DNA from: an uncultured Gammaproteobacteria bacterium
Lineage (GTDB): Bacteria > Patescibacteriota > Patescibacteriia > Buchananbacterales > UBA6539
NCBI GenBank assembly: GCA_964540635.1
Contig: CAZINP010000005.1
Coordinates: forward strand, 24,890 to 88,889
Direction of reading: 5' to 3'
DNA: 64,000 nucleotides
Shown here: piece after piece, positions 19,178 through 28,222 of the stretch
Layout: each line of letters opens with the position of its first letter
How positions within the stretch are numbered: position 1 is the first letter of the stretch
Position numbers and translations under genes: made by a program
Notes under the pieces: model-generated
The model's database searches: none
Told to the model about the DNA's origin: nothing
The model's input: the letters and a program-made list of their open reading frames with translations, nothing else

Positions 19178-19212
19178 TTGCCGCTTAAGTCCAAAACTTG
19201 CGGCTTTTTTAT
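19178..19212 (+). terminator. Rho-independent terminator after the dnaA-like gene
   Basis: GCCGC-ttaagtccaaaactt-GCGGC-T6. Confidence 0.6.
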
Positions 19213-19261
19213 ATAATAAAAAGCCCGGAGTAAACCGGACTAAAGCGACAAGGCCAAACTG

Positions 19262-19669
19262 TCAGCTTGTCGGAATCTGAATTCTTTTGCCACATCCCGG
19301 GCATTGAAAATTCTTTGTGACTGCGTCATCACTTGAGATGTAGCCAAACCAAGCCTCGAGTGCCTGACTTGCCACTTGACCTAAACTGCAACCGCGACGT
19401 TGCGCCTCAGCCGAAAGCCAATTTAGGGTTTCTTGGTTGATTTTTGACAAATCAACCTGAACCAGCAAAGGATTTTCGGGAGCATCTCCCATTTTATCCG
19501 AATTGGGTTCAAGAATTTTTGCCCCCTTTTTTCGAAAAAGAGCCAGCGTTGAATTGATGGCAAAAATTGCCAAATCAATTGGGCTGAGGCCGCAAGCGGC
19601 GGCCGCATTTTTCAGCGCCAAGAATAAATCTGGCGTAACTTTCAAAACCCGATACTTTCTTACTTCCAT
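19262..19669 (-). CDS. Hypothetical protein with ribbon-helix-helix-like segment and C-terminal CPxCG zinc ribbon
   Basis: 135 aa; LSAEAQRRGCSLGQVASQALEAWF (RHH-like), FQCPGCGKRIQIP; GGAGG SD 5 nt before ATG; GC-elevated. Confidence 0.45.
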   Translation of the reverse strand: MEVRKYRVLKVTPDLFLALKNAAAACGLSPIDLAIFAINSTLALFRKKGAKILEPNSDKMGDAPENPLLVQVDLSKINQETLNWLSAEAQRRGCSLGQVASQALEAWFGYISSDDAVTKNFQCPGCGKRIQIPTS

Positions 19670-19748
19670 TTGGTCCTCCGTTTCGGTCGGTTTTGTGAAT
19701 ATTTAATCTAAATTAAAACGACAAAAATGTCAAATTATTCAAATAATT

Positions 19749-20117
19749 TTATTTACTTTTTTCGATCATAATACAGGCATTGGCAATACATTCCAAATTA
19801 TTTTCTTGACAATATTTAATGCTATTCTGACTTTCACTGCCGGGCTGAAACCAAACCCTTTTAATGCCTTTGACTATCACCTGCGGTAAAATTGATTCGG
19901 CAATTTCCGGCGGAACAATAAAAACTGCCACATCGATTTTTTCAGCATACTCTTGCAAATTTTTATACACTTTTAGATTGGCAATTTCGCCGCCTTTTGG
20001 GTTAATCGGGACAACTTTATAGCCGGCGCCATATAAATCCATTAAAACCTTATAGCCGTATTTCTCCGGATTATTACTGGCGCCAACAATGGCGTAAGTG
20101 AAATTTTTATCAATCAT
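19749..20117 (-). CDS. CoA-binding domain protein (YccU-like)
   Basis: 122 aa; AIVGASNNPEKYGYKV Rossmann-like CoA-binding signature. Confidence 0.75.
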   Translation of the reverse strand: MIDKNFTYAIVGASNNPEKYGYKVLMDLYGAGYKVVPINPKGGEIANLKVYKNLQEYAEKIDVAVFIVPPEIAESILPQVIVKGIKRVWFQPGSESQNSIKYCQENNLECIANACIMIEKSK

Positions 20118-20118
20118 A

Positions 20119-20661
20119 TTATTTTACTTTAATTAATGGATAAACCCATCCGGGCTGCCAGCTCCATGGCGCGGTTACTGCCTGCAAAAGAGGCACGCCG
20201 ATGATTAAATTTTCCAAAGCATATTGGGTGGCGCGATGCCCGATAATTAAAACCTGGGTGCCATCATAATTTTTCAATAAATTATTTAAAAAATCTTTCA
20301 TTAAAGCCGTTGTTTGTTCGTAGCTTTGTCCGCCGGGAAACGGCTCAGAAATATGTTTGGGTTTTAATTCATCAACAATATTACTTGGCTTTCTTTCGAA
20401 TTCACCATAATCACATTCTCTTAATCTTTTATCCTTAATAATTTTAATTTGTTTTTTGCCGAAAGCAATCTCGGCGGTCATATATGAACGTTTTAGATCA
20501 GAACAAAAGACGGCGGCAAAATCTTCATCAGCGTTTCTCTCCCCCATTTCTTTTGCCTGTTTTACGCCAAGGTCTGAGAGCTCCACATCATAGTGGCCGG
20601 ACGCCAAATGGTTTTCATTATCAAAAGTAGTTGCGTGAGATTCAAAAAAAATAGTAACCAT
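20119..20661 (-). CDS. Histidine phosphatase family protein (phosphoglycerate mutase-like)
   Basis: 180 aa; N-terminal FESHATT catalytic His region, ...LIIGHRATQ. Confidence 0.65.
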   Translation of the reverse strand: MVTIFFESHATTFDNENHLASGHYDVELSDLGVKQAKEMGERNADEDFAAVFCSDLKRSYMTAEIAFGKKQIKIIKDKRLRECDYGEFERKPSNIVDELKPKHISEPFPGGQSYEQTTALMKDFLNNLLKNYDGTQVLIIGHRATQYALENLIIGVPLLQAVTAPWSWQPGWVYPLIKVK

Positions 20662-20741
20662 ATATATAAATTAACTTGACTTTTTATTAAATAATGCTAA
20701 TATTTAACTTCGTTTAAACCGTACAACAGAGGAGATTAGCA

Positions 20742-20957
20742 ATGGAAAACGAAAGGAAATTTTGGGCTGAAATGTTTATCAGCCAAGCGCTGGCGGCTCA
20801 TTTTTCAGCCGCCGAAGTCTTTACCAGATTTGGCCTGGCCTGCTGCACTGATTGCATGGCAGCAAAATCAGAAACTGTTCGCATGGCCTGCGAGGCCTAC
20901 AATATTGACCTTGAAGCACTCTTGTTGGCACTCAACAGCTTGGAAATACCAAGTTAA
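20742..20957 (+). CDS. DUF1858 (hybrid-cluster-protein-associated redox disulfide) domain protein
   Basis: 71 aa; conserved GLACCTDC cysteine motif. Confidence 0.55.
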   Translation: MENERKFWAEMFISQALAAHFSAAEVFTRFGLACCTDCMAAKSETVRMACEAYNIDLEALLLALNSLEIPS

Positions 20958-20979
20958 AAAAACGCAATCTTTGCTCTTT

Positions 20980-21003
20980 ACACGCCACTTGGCGTGTTTT
21001 TTT
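20980..21003. terminator. Rho-independent terminator
   Basis: ACACGCC-actt-GGCGTGT-T6 after the DUF1858 gene; also at the 3' end of the convergent csaA-like gene. Confidence 0.7.
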
Positions 21004-21337
21004 AAAACATCTTATTACCCAAGGCAACATCTTTATCGGGCGAAATCAAAACCACACCATCGTTATCATCAGCAAGTCCAAGGGTTAAAACCTCGGAAAC
21101 AAAAGGGCCGATTTGTTTTGGAGAAAAATTAACAACACCCAAAACCTCCTTGTGCAAAAGATCTTCTTTGGTGTAATTTTTTGTAATTTGAGCTGAAGAC
21201 TTTTTGACACCGATTTCCGGGCCAAAATCAATCAATAATTTGTACGCCGGCTTTCTTGCTTCCAAAAAATCTTCCACTTTGATAATTCTACCAACCCTAA
21301 TGTCAACCTCCTCAAAATTTTTATACGAGATAACCAC
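21002..21337 (-). CDS. tRNA-binding domain protein (CsaA / EMAP-like OB fold)
   Basis: 111 aa; DIRVGRIIKVE...KLLIDFG tRNA-binding arm signature. Confidence 0.75.
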   Translation of the reverse strand: MVISYKNFEEVDIRVGRIIKVEDFLEARKPAYKLLIDFGPEIGVKKSSAQITKNYTKEDLLHKEVLGVVNFSPKQIGPFVSEVLTLGLADDNDGVVLISPDKDVALGNKMF

Positions 21338-21341
21338 AATT

Positions 21342-21764
21342 TTATTTTAAAGTTATAAATACCGCACCAATCACAATAAGCAATATTCCAATTATTGTTT
21401 TATAGTTTAAAGCTTCGCCCAAAAAGAAAGCAGCCAAAACCAAAACAAAAACCACGCTTAATCTATCAAGTGCGGCTACACCCGTTGCCGGGCCATTTTT
21501 TAAAGCAACAAAATAAAAAAGCCAAGACAAAGCGCCGGCTAAACCCGAAAAAACAATAAAAGCAAAAGCTTTAGTGTCAATGGTAGAAATCAATTTATGC
21601 TTGCCTAATAAAAAGGCAGTCCCGACCAAAAAGCCGGCCATAATAACCGAACGAACAGCAGTAGCTAAAGTTGCGTCAATATTCTTTACACCAATTTTTC
21701 CAAGAATTGCCACGAGCGCGGCAAAAATTGCCGAAAGTAAGGCAAAAATGATCCAAGTTGACAT
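21342..21764 (-). CDS. Small DMT/EamA-family transporter (4 TM)
   Basis: 140 aa; four hydrophobic helices, EamA half-domain. Confidence 0.6.
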   Translation of the reverse strand: MSTWIIFALLSAIFAALVAILGKIGVKNIDATLATAVRSVIMAGFLVGTAFLLGKHKLISTIDTKAFAFIVFSGLAGALSWLFYFVALKNGPATGVAALDRLSVVFVLVLAAFFLGEALNYKTIIGILLIVIGAVFITLK

Positions 21765-21768
21765 AAGA

Positions 21769-22128
21769 TTATTCTCTTATAATAACATGTTTAAAAAATT
21801 TTTCTTGAAAAAAAACTTTTTGCTCAATTTCTTGGTCAGTCAGATTAATACCACCAGGCAAAACCACCAATTTATCGTCATCATCTTCCAGACGATGAAT
21901 TATGGCCAAACACTTGCCTTTGGCCTTATCTAACGGTTTATCATTAATATAGTAAGCGTCCAACTCTTCACCGTCAGGGGCCATAACACCCGGCAAATAT
22001 CCGTAATTGCATTGATAAATTATGTCGTGTTTCGGATGCTTACTGCCCATTTTTCTATCAATAATAATCTCAACCTCTTTGCCCAAAAAACTCTTAGCCA
22101 GTAAAAAAGATTTTGATTCTTGACTCAT
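21769..22128 (-). CDS. Inorganic-pyrophosphatase-family protein, unusually short
   Basis: 119 aa; YQCNYGYLPGVMAPDGEELDAY matches the PPase active-site motif CNYGYI..DGDPLDV, but the protein lacks about 50 N-terminal residues of canonical family I PPases. Confidence 0.5.
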   Translation of the reverse strand: MSQESKSFLLAKSFLGKEVEIIIDRKMGSKHPKHDIIYQCNYGYLPGVMAPDGEELDAYYINDKPLDKAKGKCLAIIHRLEDDDDKLVVLPGGINLTDQEIEQKVFFQEKFFKHVIIRE

Positions 22129-22134
22129 AAAAAA

Positions 22135-22608
22135 TTATAAATCATTAACTTCGGTTAATTCATATTCCAAAATTACATCATCTTGGCCAAAAAGAAATTT
22201 TCCTTTGAATTTCCTATCATCCAAAAACAAAGGCAGCCAATAAACATCATCCGGCCACATTTCTTGAAAAGGAATTTTATCTATATCAAACCATTGAGGC
22301 CTCATTTCTTCGCTCTCGCTTGGTTCGCCTAAAAAATTATGCGCCTTAAAAATATGAACTTGTAAAATTTCTTGGTTACCTTGAAACTCAAAATCAATAA
22401 TTCCAAACTTCTCTAAATTGTTTGCCTTAATCCCGGCTTCTTCTTCAAGTTCTCTGACAGCTGCCAAATCAATGGTTTCGCCAGCTTCAACCTTACCGCC
22501 AAAACCATTCCACCTTCCATTACCAAAGCCGCGCTTTTTAAAGCCCAATAAAATTCTTTGATTTTGATGAATTATGCAGAGAGTTAAATTTCTTTTGAAA
22601 TTATTTTC
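22135..22608 (-). CDS. NUDIX hydrolase
   Basis: Start moved to MENNFKRN (ATG overlaps secA stop); Nudix box GGKVEAGETIDLAAVRELEEEAGI. Confidence 0.8.
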   Translation of the reverse strand, partial: ENNFKRNLTLCIIHQNQRILLGFKKRGFGNGRWNGFGGKVEAGETIDLAAVRELEEEAGIKANNLEKFGIIDFEFQGNQEILQVHIFKAHNFLGEPSESEEMRPQWFDIDKIPFQEMWPDDVYWLPLFLDDRKFKGKFLFGQDDVILEYELTEVNDL

Positions 22609-25330
22609 CATGGCACTGCTTAAACTTTTTGCCCGAACCGCATGGACACAAATCATTTCGCCCCACTTTAACGCCGTTATAGTGCGTTTGGGCTTGATCA
22701 ATGGAATCCTGTCCGGCCCTCTCTTTTGCTTGTTTGTCCTGAGGAGTTTGATCGGCAATTTGAGCAATTGAGGATTTTAACCCCGAACCGGCAGACGGTG
22801 CGTTAAAAACTAAATTCTTTGGCTGAGTGGATGGCGTCGGAACAAAATTTGCCGCAAAGCCCGCCTTGAAAATGGCATAAACAATTTGTTTTCTAATCAT
22901 CACCAATAGTTCTTTAAACATGCCAAAACTCTCGCGCTTATATTCAATTAACGGATCACGTTGACCATAACCGCGCAAACCAATGCCGGTTCTTAAATGA
23001 TCAATTGCATCCAAATGTTCAATCCAAAGAGTGTCAATGCTTCTTAAGGCAATTCCTTTTTCAATTTGGCGCATTGCATCATCTTTGCCAACAACTTTTA
23101 CAACCTTCTCTTCCATGTCATTGTAGGTCTCTACGGCCAAACGATAAATATAGCCAATTAATTTTCCACGAGAACTGTTATCCTCAATGTCATTACCCGC
23201 TTCAGAAGCAATTTCATTCAATTTTAAACGCAAGTTTGGATTTACAATAAAAATTGTTGAAATAACCTCGTAAATCTCATTCAAGTCCCAAGTATTTTCA
23301 TCGGCTGACGCAGTATGAAAATTAACCACTTCGGTAATTTCTTCCAAAACCAAATCCAAAACAATTGCCTTCAAATCTTGCATATCAAGAACTTGACGCC
23401 TCTTTTTATAAATTGTTTCTCTGTGTTTGTTTAAAACGTCATCATATTCAACCAAATTTTTTCTGGTGTCAAAATGATAACCTTCCACTTTTTTTTGCGC
23501 CGATTCCAATGATTTGGAAATTAACCTGTTTTCAATCGGCATATCATCCGGCACTTTTAGCGTCTCCATCATTTTCTTTATTCTTTGCCCGCCAAATATT
23601 CTCATCAAATCATCATCAACTGAAACGTAAAATTGGGTAAGCCCCGGATCGCCTTGACGTCCGCCACGACCACGAAGCTGATTATCAATTCTTCTTGATT
23701 CATGTCGTTCAGTGCCAATAATGCATAAACCGCCCAAATCCCTGACTCTAATTTCCTCTTCTTTATTGCCGTCTTCACCGCCGAGCTTAATATCCACACC
23801 GCGGCCGGCCATGTTTGTAGCCACCGTGACAGCGCCCAACTTACCGGCGTTAGCAATAATATGAGCTTCTTTCTCGTGAAATTTTGCATTTAAAATTTGA
23901 ACTTCAATGCCTTCACGGCGTAAAAGTTCGCCAAGTAACTCGTTCTTTTCAATTGAGATTGTACCGATCAAAACCGGTTGGCCCAATTCGTGACGATGCT
24001 TAACTTCCTGAATAACCGCCTTAAATTTACCTTCTTCATTTTTAAAAATTTTGTCCGGCAAATCTTTTCTGGCCATGCCCTTGTTTGTCGGAATTACGGT
24101 TACGTCAAGTTTATAAATTTTAGAAAACTCTTCGGCTTCAGTTGCGGCCGTACCGGTCATACCGGCCAATTTATTGTATAAACGAAATAAATTCTGGAAA
24201 GTAACGGTGGCCAGGGTTCGACTTTCTTTTTGAACAGCAACTCCTTCCTTGGCTTCAATTGCTTGATGCAAGCCCTCGGAATAACGACGGCCATACATCA
24301 TACGGCCCGTAAATTCATCAACAATTATCACTTCCCCATCTTTGACAACATAGTCACGATCGCGCTTAAACAAAGCATGGGCGCGCAAAGCCTGCTCAAT
24401 GTGGTGAACTTCAGAAATGCCGGCATCGGTATAAATATTTCCCAACCCAAGCCACTTTTCAATTTTGTTAATTCCTTCGTCGGTCAAAGTGGCCGCGCGC
24501 ATTTTCTCATCAATGTTATAATCCTCGTCTTCTTTTAACTGAACCACCAATTTGGCGAATTTGTAATATTTATCGGTTGAATCCGCATCAGGCGAAGAAA
24601 TAATCAACGGTGTTCTGGCTTCATCAATTAAAATGCTGTCAACTTCGTCAACAATGGCATAGTTTAATTCACGCTGGACCATCATCTCAATATCACCGAC
24701 CATATTATCGCGCAGATAATCAAAACCGAACTCATTATTGGTACCATAAGTTATATCGGCTCTATAAGCATCTTTTCTGGGAACTTGTTTTAGATGAACC
24801 AATTTTTCGTCTTTGGCGTTTTCATTTGTATAATCCGGATCATAAACAAAAGCACCTTCGTGAATAACAACACCGACACTCACGCCCAGAGCATGATAAA
24901 TCGGGCCCATCCAACCGCAGTCGCGTCTGGACAAATAATCATTAACCGTTACCAAATGGCAACCATTGCCGGTCAATGAATTCAAATATAAGGCTGTTGT
25001 GGCTGAAAGAGTTTTACCTTCACCGGTTTTTTGTTCGGCAATTTGACCTCGATGCAAACAAACACCAGCCATAAGCTGAACGTCATAATGTCTGATGCCA
25101 AGGGTTCTTTTTGCCGCTTCGCGCACAGTGGCAAAAGCCTCGGGTAAAATATCATCCAAACCCTTGCCTTGACTGAGTAAATCTTTAAACTTTTGCGTTT
25201 GAGCCTTAAGTTCGTCATCTGATAATTGGCTAATTTTTTTCTCAAATTCATTAATCTGCTCAACTAACGGGGTTAAGCTTTTTATATATTTTTCATTGGC
25301 ATCGCCGATTATTTTAGAAAAAATTCCCAT
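22601..25330 (-). CDS. secA: Preprotein translocase ATPase SecA
   Basis: 909 aa; DEAD-motor domains, C-terminal zinc finger CPCGSGKKFKQCHG. Confidence 0.95.
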   Translation of the reverse strand: MGIFSKIIGDANEKYIKSLTPLVEQINEFEKKISQLSDDELKAQTQKFKDLLSQGKGLDDILPEAFATVREAAKRTLGIRHYDVQLMAGVCLHRGQIAEQKTGEGKTLSATTALYLNSLTGNGCHLVTVNDYLSRRDCGWMGPIYHALGVSVGVVIHEGAFVYDPDYTNENAKDEKLVHLKQVPRKDAYRADITYGTNNEFGFDYLRDNMVGDIEMMVQRELNYAIVDEVDSILIDEARTPLIISSPDADSTDKYYKFAKLVVQLKEDEDYNIDEKMRAATLTDEGINKIEKWLGLGNIYTDAGISEVHHIEQALRAHALFKRDRDYVVKDGEVIIVDEFTGRMMYGRRYSEGLHQAIEAKEGVAVQKESRTLATVTFQNLFRLYNKLAGMTGTAATEAEEFSKIYKLDVTVIPTNKGMARKDLPDKIFKNEEGKFKAVIQEVKHRHELGQPVLIGTISIEKNELLGELLRREGIEVQILNAKFHEKEAHIIANAGKLGAVTVATNMAGRGVDIKLGGEDGNKEEEIRVRDLGGLCIIGTERHESRRIDNQLRGRGGRQGDPGLTQFYVSVDDDLMRIFGGQRIKKMMETLKVPDDMPIENRLISKSLESAQKKVEGYHFDTRKNLVEYDDVLNKHRETIYKKRRQVLDMQDLKAIVLDLVLEEITEVVNFHTASADENTWDLNEIYEVISTIFIVNPNLRLKLNEIASEAGNDIEDNSSRGKLIGYIYRLAVETYNDMEEKVVKVVGKDDAMRQIEKGIALRSIDTLWIEHLDAIDHLRTGIGLRGYGQRDPLIEYKRESFGMFKELLVMIRKQIVYAIFKAGFAANFVPTPSTQPKNLVFNAPSAGSGLKSSIAQIADQTPQDKQAKERAGQDSIDQAQTHYNGVKVGRNDLCPCGSGKKFKQCHGK

Positions 25331-25452
25331 ATATATTAGTTAAATTTAATTACAATATTTTACAATAATTTATGATAATTGACAAGGGTTAATTTTTATG
25401 GTAATTTTGGGTGTGGCTTATTGGCAGAGGCACAAACTAGAGGAGGTGCAAG

Positions 25453-25833
25453 ATGCCTAAAAAGGTTTTGTACGTTGACGATGACAAAGACCTGGTCAAC
25501 CTGATCAGGTTGTTCATCGAACAAATGGGCCACAGTTTTATTACGGCCCAAAATCCGACCCAGGCCATTGGGATCCTCCACGAAGGTGGGGTTGACCTGG
25601 TCATTACGGACTTTGACCTCAACTGTCGGGTCTTTGGTACGGATCTTTTCTACATGATCCGCGAACTTGGTTATGACATACCGGTCATTCTTGTTTCCGG
25701 CACGCTTAACCTCCGAAAAGACCCGAGAATCGACCCCGAAATTTGGGGTCTGCTCTCCAAATTTCTGGAGAAGCCTTTTACAAAATCTGATTTTCAGGCT
25801 GCAATTGCGGCTGCCTTGAAATCAACGGAGTGA
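25453..25833 (+). CDS. Single-domain response regulator receiver (CheY-like), compositionally atypical
   Basis: 126 aa; VDDD, ITDFDL (phospho-Asp), VSG, EKPF Lys; AGGAGGTG SD 5 nt upstream; about 50% GC. Confidence 0.75.
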   Translation: MPKKVLYVDDDKDLVNLIRLFIEQMGHSFITAQNPTQAIGILHEGGVDLVITDFDLNCRVFGTDLFYMIRELGYDIPVILVSGTLNLRKDPRIDPEIWGLLSKFLEKPFTKSDFQAAIAAALKSTE

Positions 25834-25853
25834 CTACGGTCACTCTTTTTTTA
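25829..25853 (+). terminator. Rho-independent terminator overlapping the REC stop codon
   Basis: GTGAC-tacg-GTCAC followed by T7. Confidence 0.65.
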
Positions 25854-26819
25854 TTAAAAACCCAAATAACGAATCTCTTCTTGCAACTGTAAACCAAGTT
25901 GATTTCTTACCCTCATTTTAGCATCAGAAATTAACATCATTACATGCTCAGCCTTACAATTGCCAATATTTACAAAAAAAGCACTGTGTTTGGGCGAAAT
26001 CTGACAACCACCAATTATCTTTCCTTTCAAACCTAGCTTGTCAAAAACATAACCAACAGCCAACTTCCCGTGCGATGTTGCCTTATCATATTCTTCGGCA
26101 GTGATATCCAATTCTTTAATTATTCTTTCTCGGTCAACCTCAACCTCGGATAAATCAAAATTTTTAAATACGCACCCGGCGCTTGGTTCAAAAGGTACGC
26201 GATCTTTTCTTCCCTTTAATATCTCAACAATTTTAGATTGAACAATTTTGTTATCCACCTTATCAAGCAAAATATTTGCCGATAAAATAATCCCTCCACT
26301 ATCTTTTAAATTGCTTTGGCGATAAGAAAATCCTAATTCACTCGGAGATAAATCAAACACTTTTTTATCACGATAAATTTTTACCGATTTAACCACTTCG
26401 CCAAAACCTTTGCCATAAGCGCCGGCATTGCCAAAAATCGCTCCGCCAACTGTTCCGGGAATTCCGGCGGCAAACTCAAGGCCAGATAACCCGGCCTTGG
26501 TAGCTTCCCCCACCAACCGACTGATATTAACGCCGCTATCAGCAATAATTTCATTACCGTTAACCGTTATATTCTCGGAAGAATTTTTAATTAATAAACC
26601 ATCAAAACCATTATCTGAAACCAGCATATTGCTGGCCCAGCCAATTATAAAATAAGGCAAACCGAGCTCTTCGGCAACCTTGACTGATTGCAAAAGCTGA
26701 TCGGCAGTTTTGGCATTATAAAAATATTTGGCCGGGCCGCCAAGTTTAAAAGTTGTATATGGACCGATTGGCTCGTTTTCTTTAACGTCTATTAAAACTT
26801 CTTTTAATTTTTCGAACAT
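25854..26819 (-). CDS. murB: UDP-N-acetylenolpyruvoylglucosamine reductase MurB
   Basis: 321 aa; FAD-binding N-terminus FKLGGPAKYF, C-terminal MurB domain. Confidence 0.9.
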   Translation of the reverse strand: MFEKLKEVLIDVKENEPIGPYTTFKLGGPAKYFYNAKTADQLLQSVKVAEELGLPYFIIGWASNMLVSDNGFDGLLIKNSSENITVNGNEIIADSGVNISRLVGEATKAGLSGLEFAAGIPGTVGGAIFGNAGAYGKGFGEVVKSVKIYRDKKVFDLSPSELGFSYRQSNLKDSGGIILSANILLDKVDNKIVQSKIVEILKGRKDRVPFEPSAGCVFKNFDLSEVEVDRERIIKELDITAEEYDKATSHGKLAVGYVFDKLGLKGKIIGGCQISPKHSAFFVNIGNCKAEHVMMLISDAKMRVRNQLGLQLQEEIRYLGF

Positions 26820-26824
26820 ATATT

Positions 26825-28219
26825 TTATAAATCTTTAATCAATTCATCGCGTACGCGATAAACATCACCAGCACCCATGGTCACTAAAACATCTTCGCGA
26901 CCAAGCCTGCCTTTCAGAGAATCAATGACTTCATCTATGCTGCCAGCATATTTCGAATTAGGGTGATTTTTCGCGGTTTGCTCAGCCAAATTTTTTGAAG
27001 TAAAGTCAGAAGATTGCTCTCTGGCAGAGGCAAATATATCAACCAAAAAAACCTGGTTAGCATCAATAAAACTTCTCGTAAAATCATTAAGCAGTGCCAC
27101 TGTTCGCGAAACCGTGTGGGGCTGAAAAACACAAATAATATTTTTGCCAGGATAGCGTGATTTTATCGCCTTGAGAGTGGCCATAATTTCCGTGGGATGA
27201 TGGGCATAATCATCAACAAAAGTAATGCCATTCTTTTCTTGAACCTCAAACCGACGTTGGGTGCCTGAAAATTTTGGTAAAATCTCTTTAATTTTCCCTA
27301 AGGCAATACCCTGATTAAGACCGACAATAATAGCAACCAAGGAATTCAAAACATTATGTTCGCCAAAGAGTTTAATGCTGAATTCGCCCAACTCAACTTC
27401 TCCTTGTCTAACTTTAAACAAAGTTTGTTCCGGCTGCGGCCTGATGTCATAAGCCTGATAATCATTATCTATGCTCAGACCATAAGTTAAAGTTTTTTCC
27501 CGACCGTATGAAATTACCTTTTTCACGCTTGGCCAATCACCGCAAGCCACGACCAAATCTTTAGTCTTTTCCACCAGCTCGGTAAAATATTTTTCCATGA
27601 TTTCCAGGTCGCGAAAAACATCAACATGCTCCCACTCCAAGCTTGTAATTACTGAAATTGCTGAATTTAAATCCAAAAATTTTGGCGTCTTGTCAGTCTT
27701 GCTCTTGGCGTATTCGTCACCCTCAACAATGAAATGCTTACCTTCAAACCAGCCGGCATTGGCGCCTAAATCAGGCACTGTGCCGGTACCAACCAAAAAG
27801 CTTGGCTTTAATCCGGCTTGAAAAAACAAAAAAGAAATCAAAGCCGAAGTCGTAGTCTTGCCGTGAACACCGGTAACGGCAATTGTTTTTTTGGTCAAAG
27901 AAAGCAGCCCTCTCATTTCCGAATCGGCAATCATTAATAATCCTCGTTCTCTGGCCCAAGCCACTTCTGGATTCTCTTGTCCCCAAGAAGTGCCGACAAC
28001 TACCAAGTCGGGCTGACAATCCAAATTTTCGCTTTTGAATCCCTCAAAAACGTCTATTCCATTTTCGGCTAAAGTTTTATCAGTTATAAAATGTTCGGAC
28101 ACATCCGAACCAAAAACCTCCTTGCCCATTTGCTTGCAAATAACCGCTAAACCGGACATGGCCACGCCCTTAATGCCGATAAAATATATTCTATTTATTT
28201 TATTAAGATTAACGGGCAT
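26825..28219 (-). CDS. murC: UDP-N-acetylmuramate--L-alanine ligase MurC
   Basis: 464 aa; IYFIGIKGVAMSGLA N-terminal MurC signature, GTHGKTTT P-loop. Confidence 0.9.
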   Translation of the reverse strand: MPVNLNKINRIYFIGIKGVAMSGLAVICKQMGKEVFGSDVSEHFITDKTLAENGIDVFEGFKSENLDCQPDLVVVGTSWGQENPEVAWARERGLLMIADSEMRGLLSLTKKTIAVTGVHGKTTTSALISFLFFQAGLKPSFLVGTGTVPDLGANAGWFEGKHFIVEGDEYAKSKTDKTPKFLDLNSAISVITSLEWEHVDVFRDLEIMEKYFTELVEKTKDLVVACGDWPSVKKVISYGREKTLTYGLSIDNDYQAYDIRPQPEQTLFKVRQGEVELGEFSIKLFGEHNVLNSLVAIIVGLNQGIALGKIKEILPKFSGTQRRFEVQEKNGITFVDDYAHHPTEIMATLKAIKSRYPGKNIICVFQPHTVSRTVALLNDFTRSFIDANQVFLVDIFASAREQSSDFTSKNLAEQTAKNHPNSKYAGSIDEVIDSLKGRLGREDVLVTMGAGDVYRVRDELIKDL

Positions 28220-28222
28220 AAA

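Noticed and set aside
25396-25622. Two 61-aa minus-strand ORFs
   Set aside because: Antisense to the GC-rich REC gene; open frames are expected by chance in GC-rich DNA.
488-26262. Additional near-DnaA boxes (TTATCCACC at about 489 and 26254)
   Set aside because: One mismatch each and located inside coding sequence; expected by chance.
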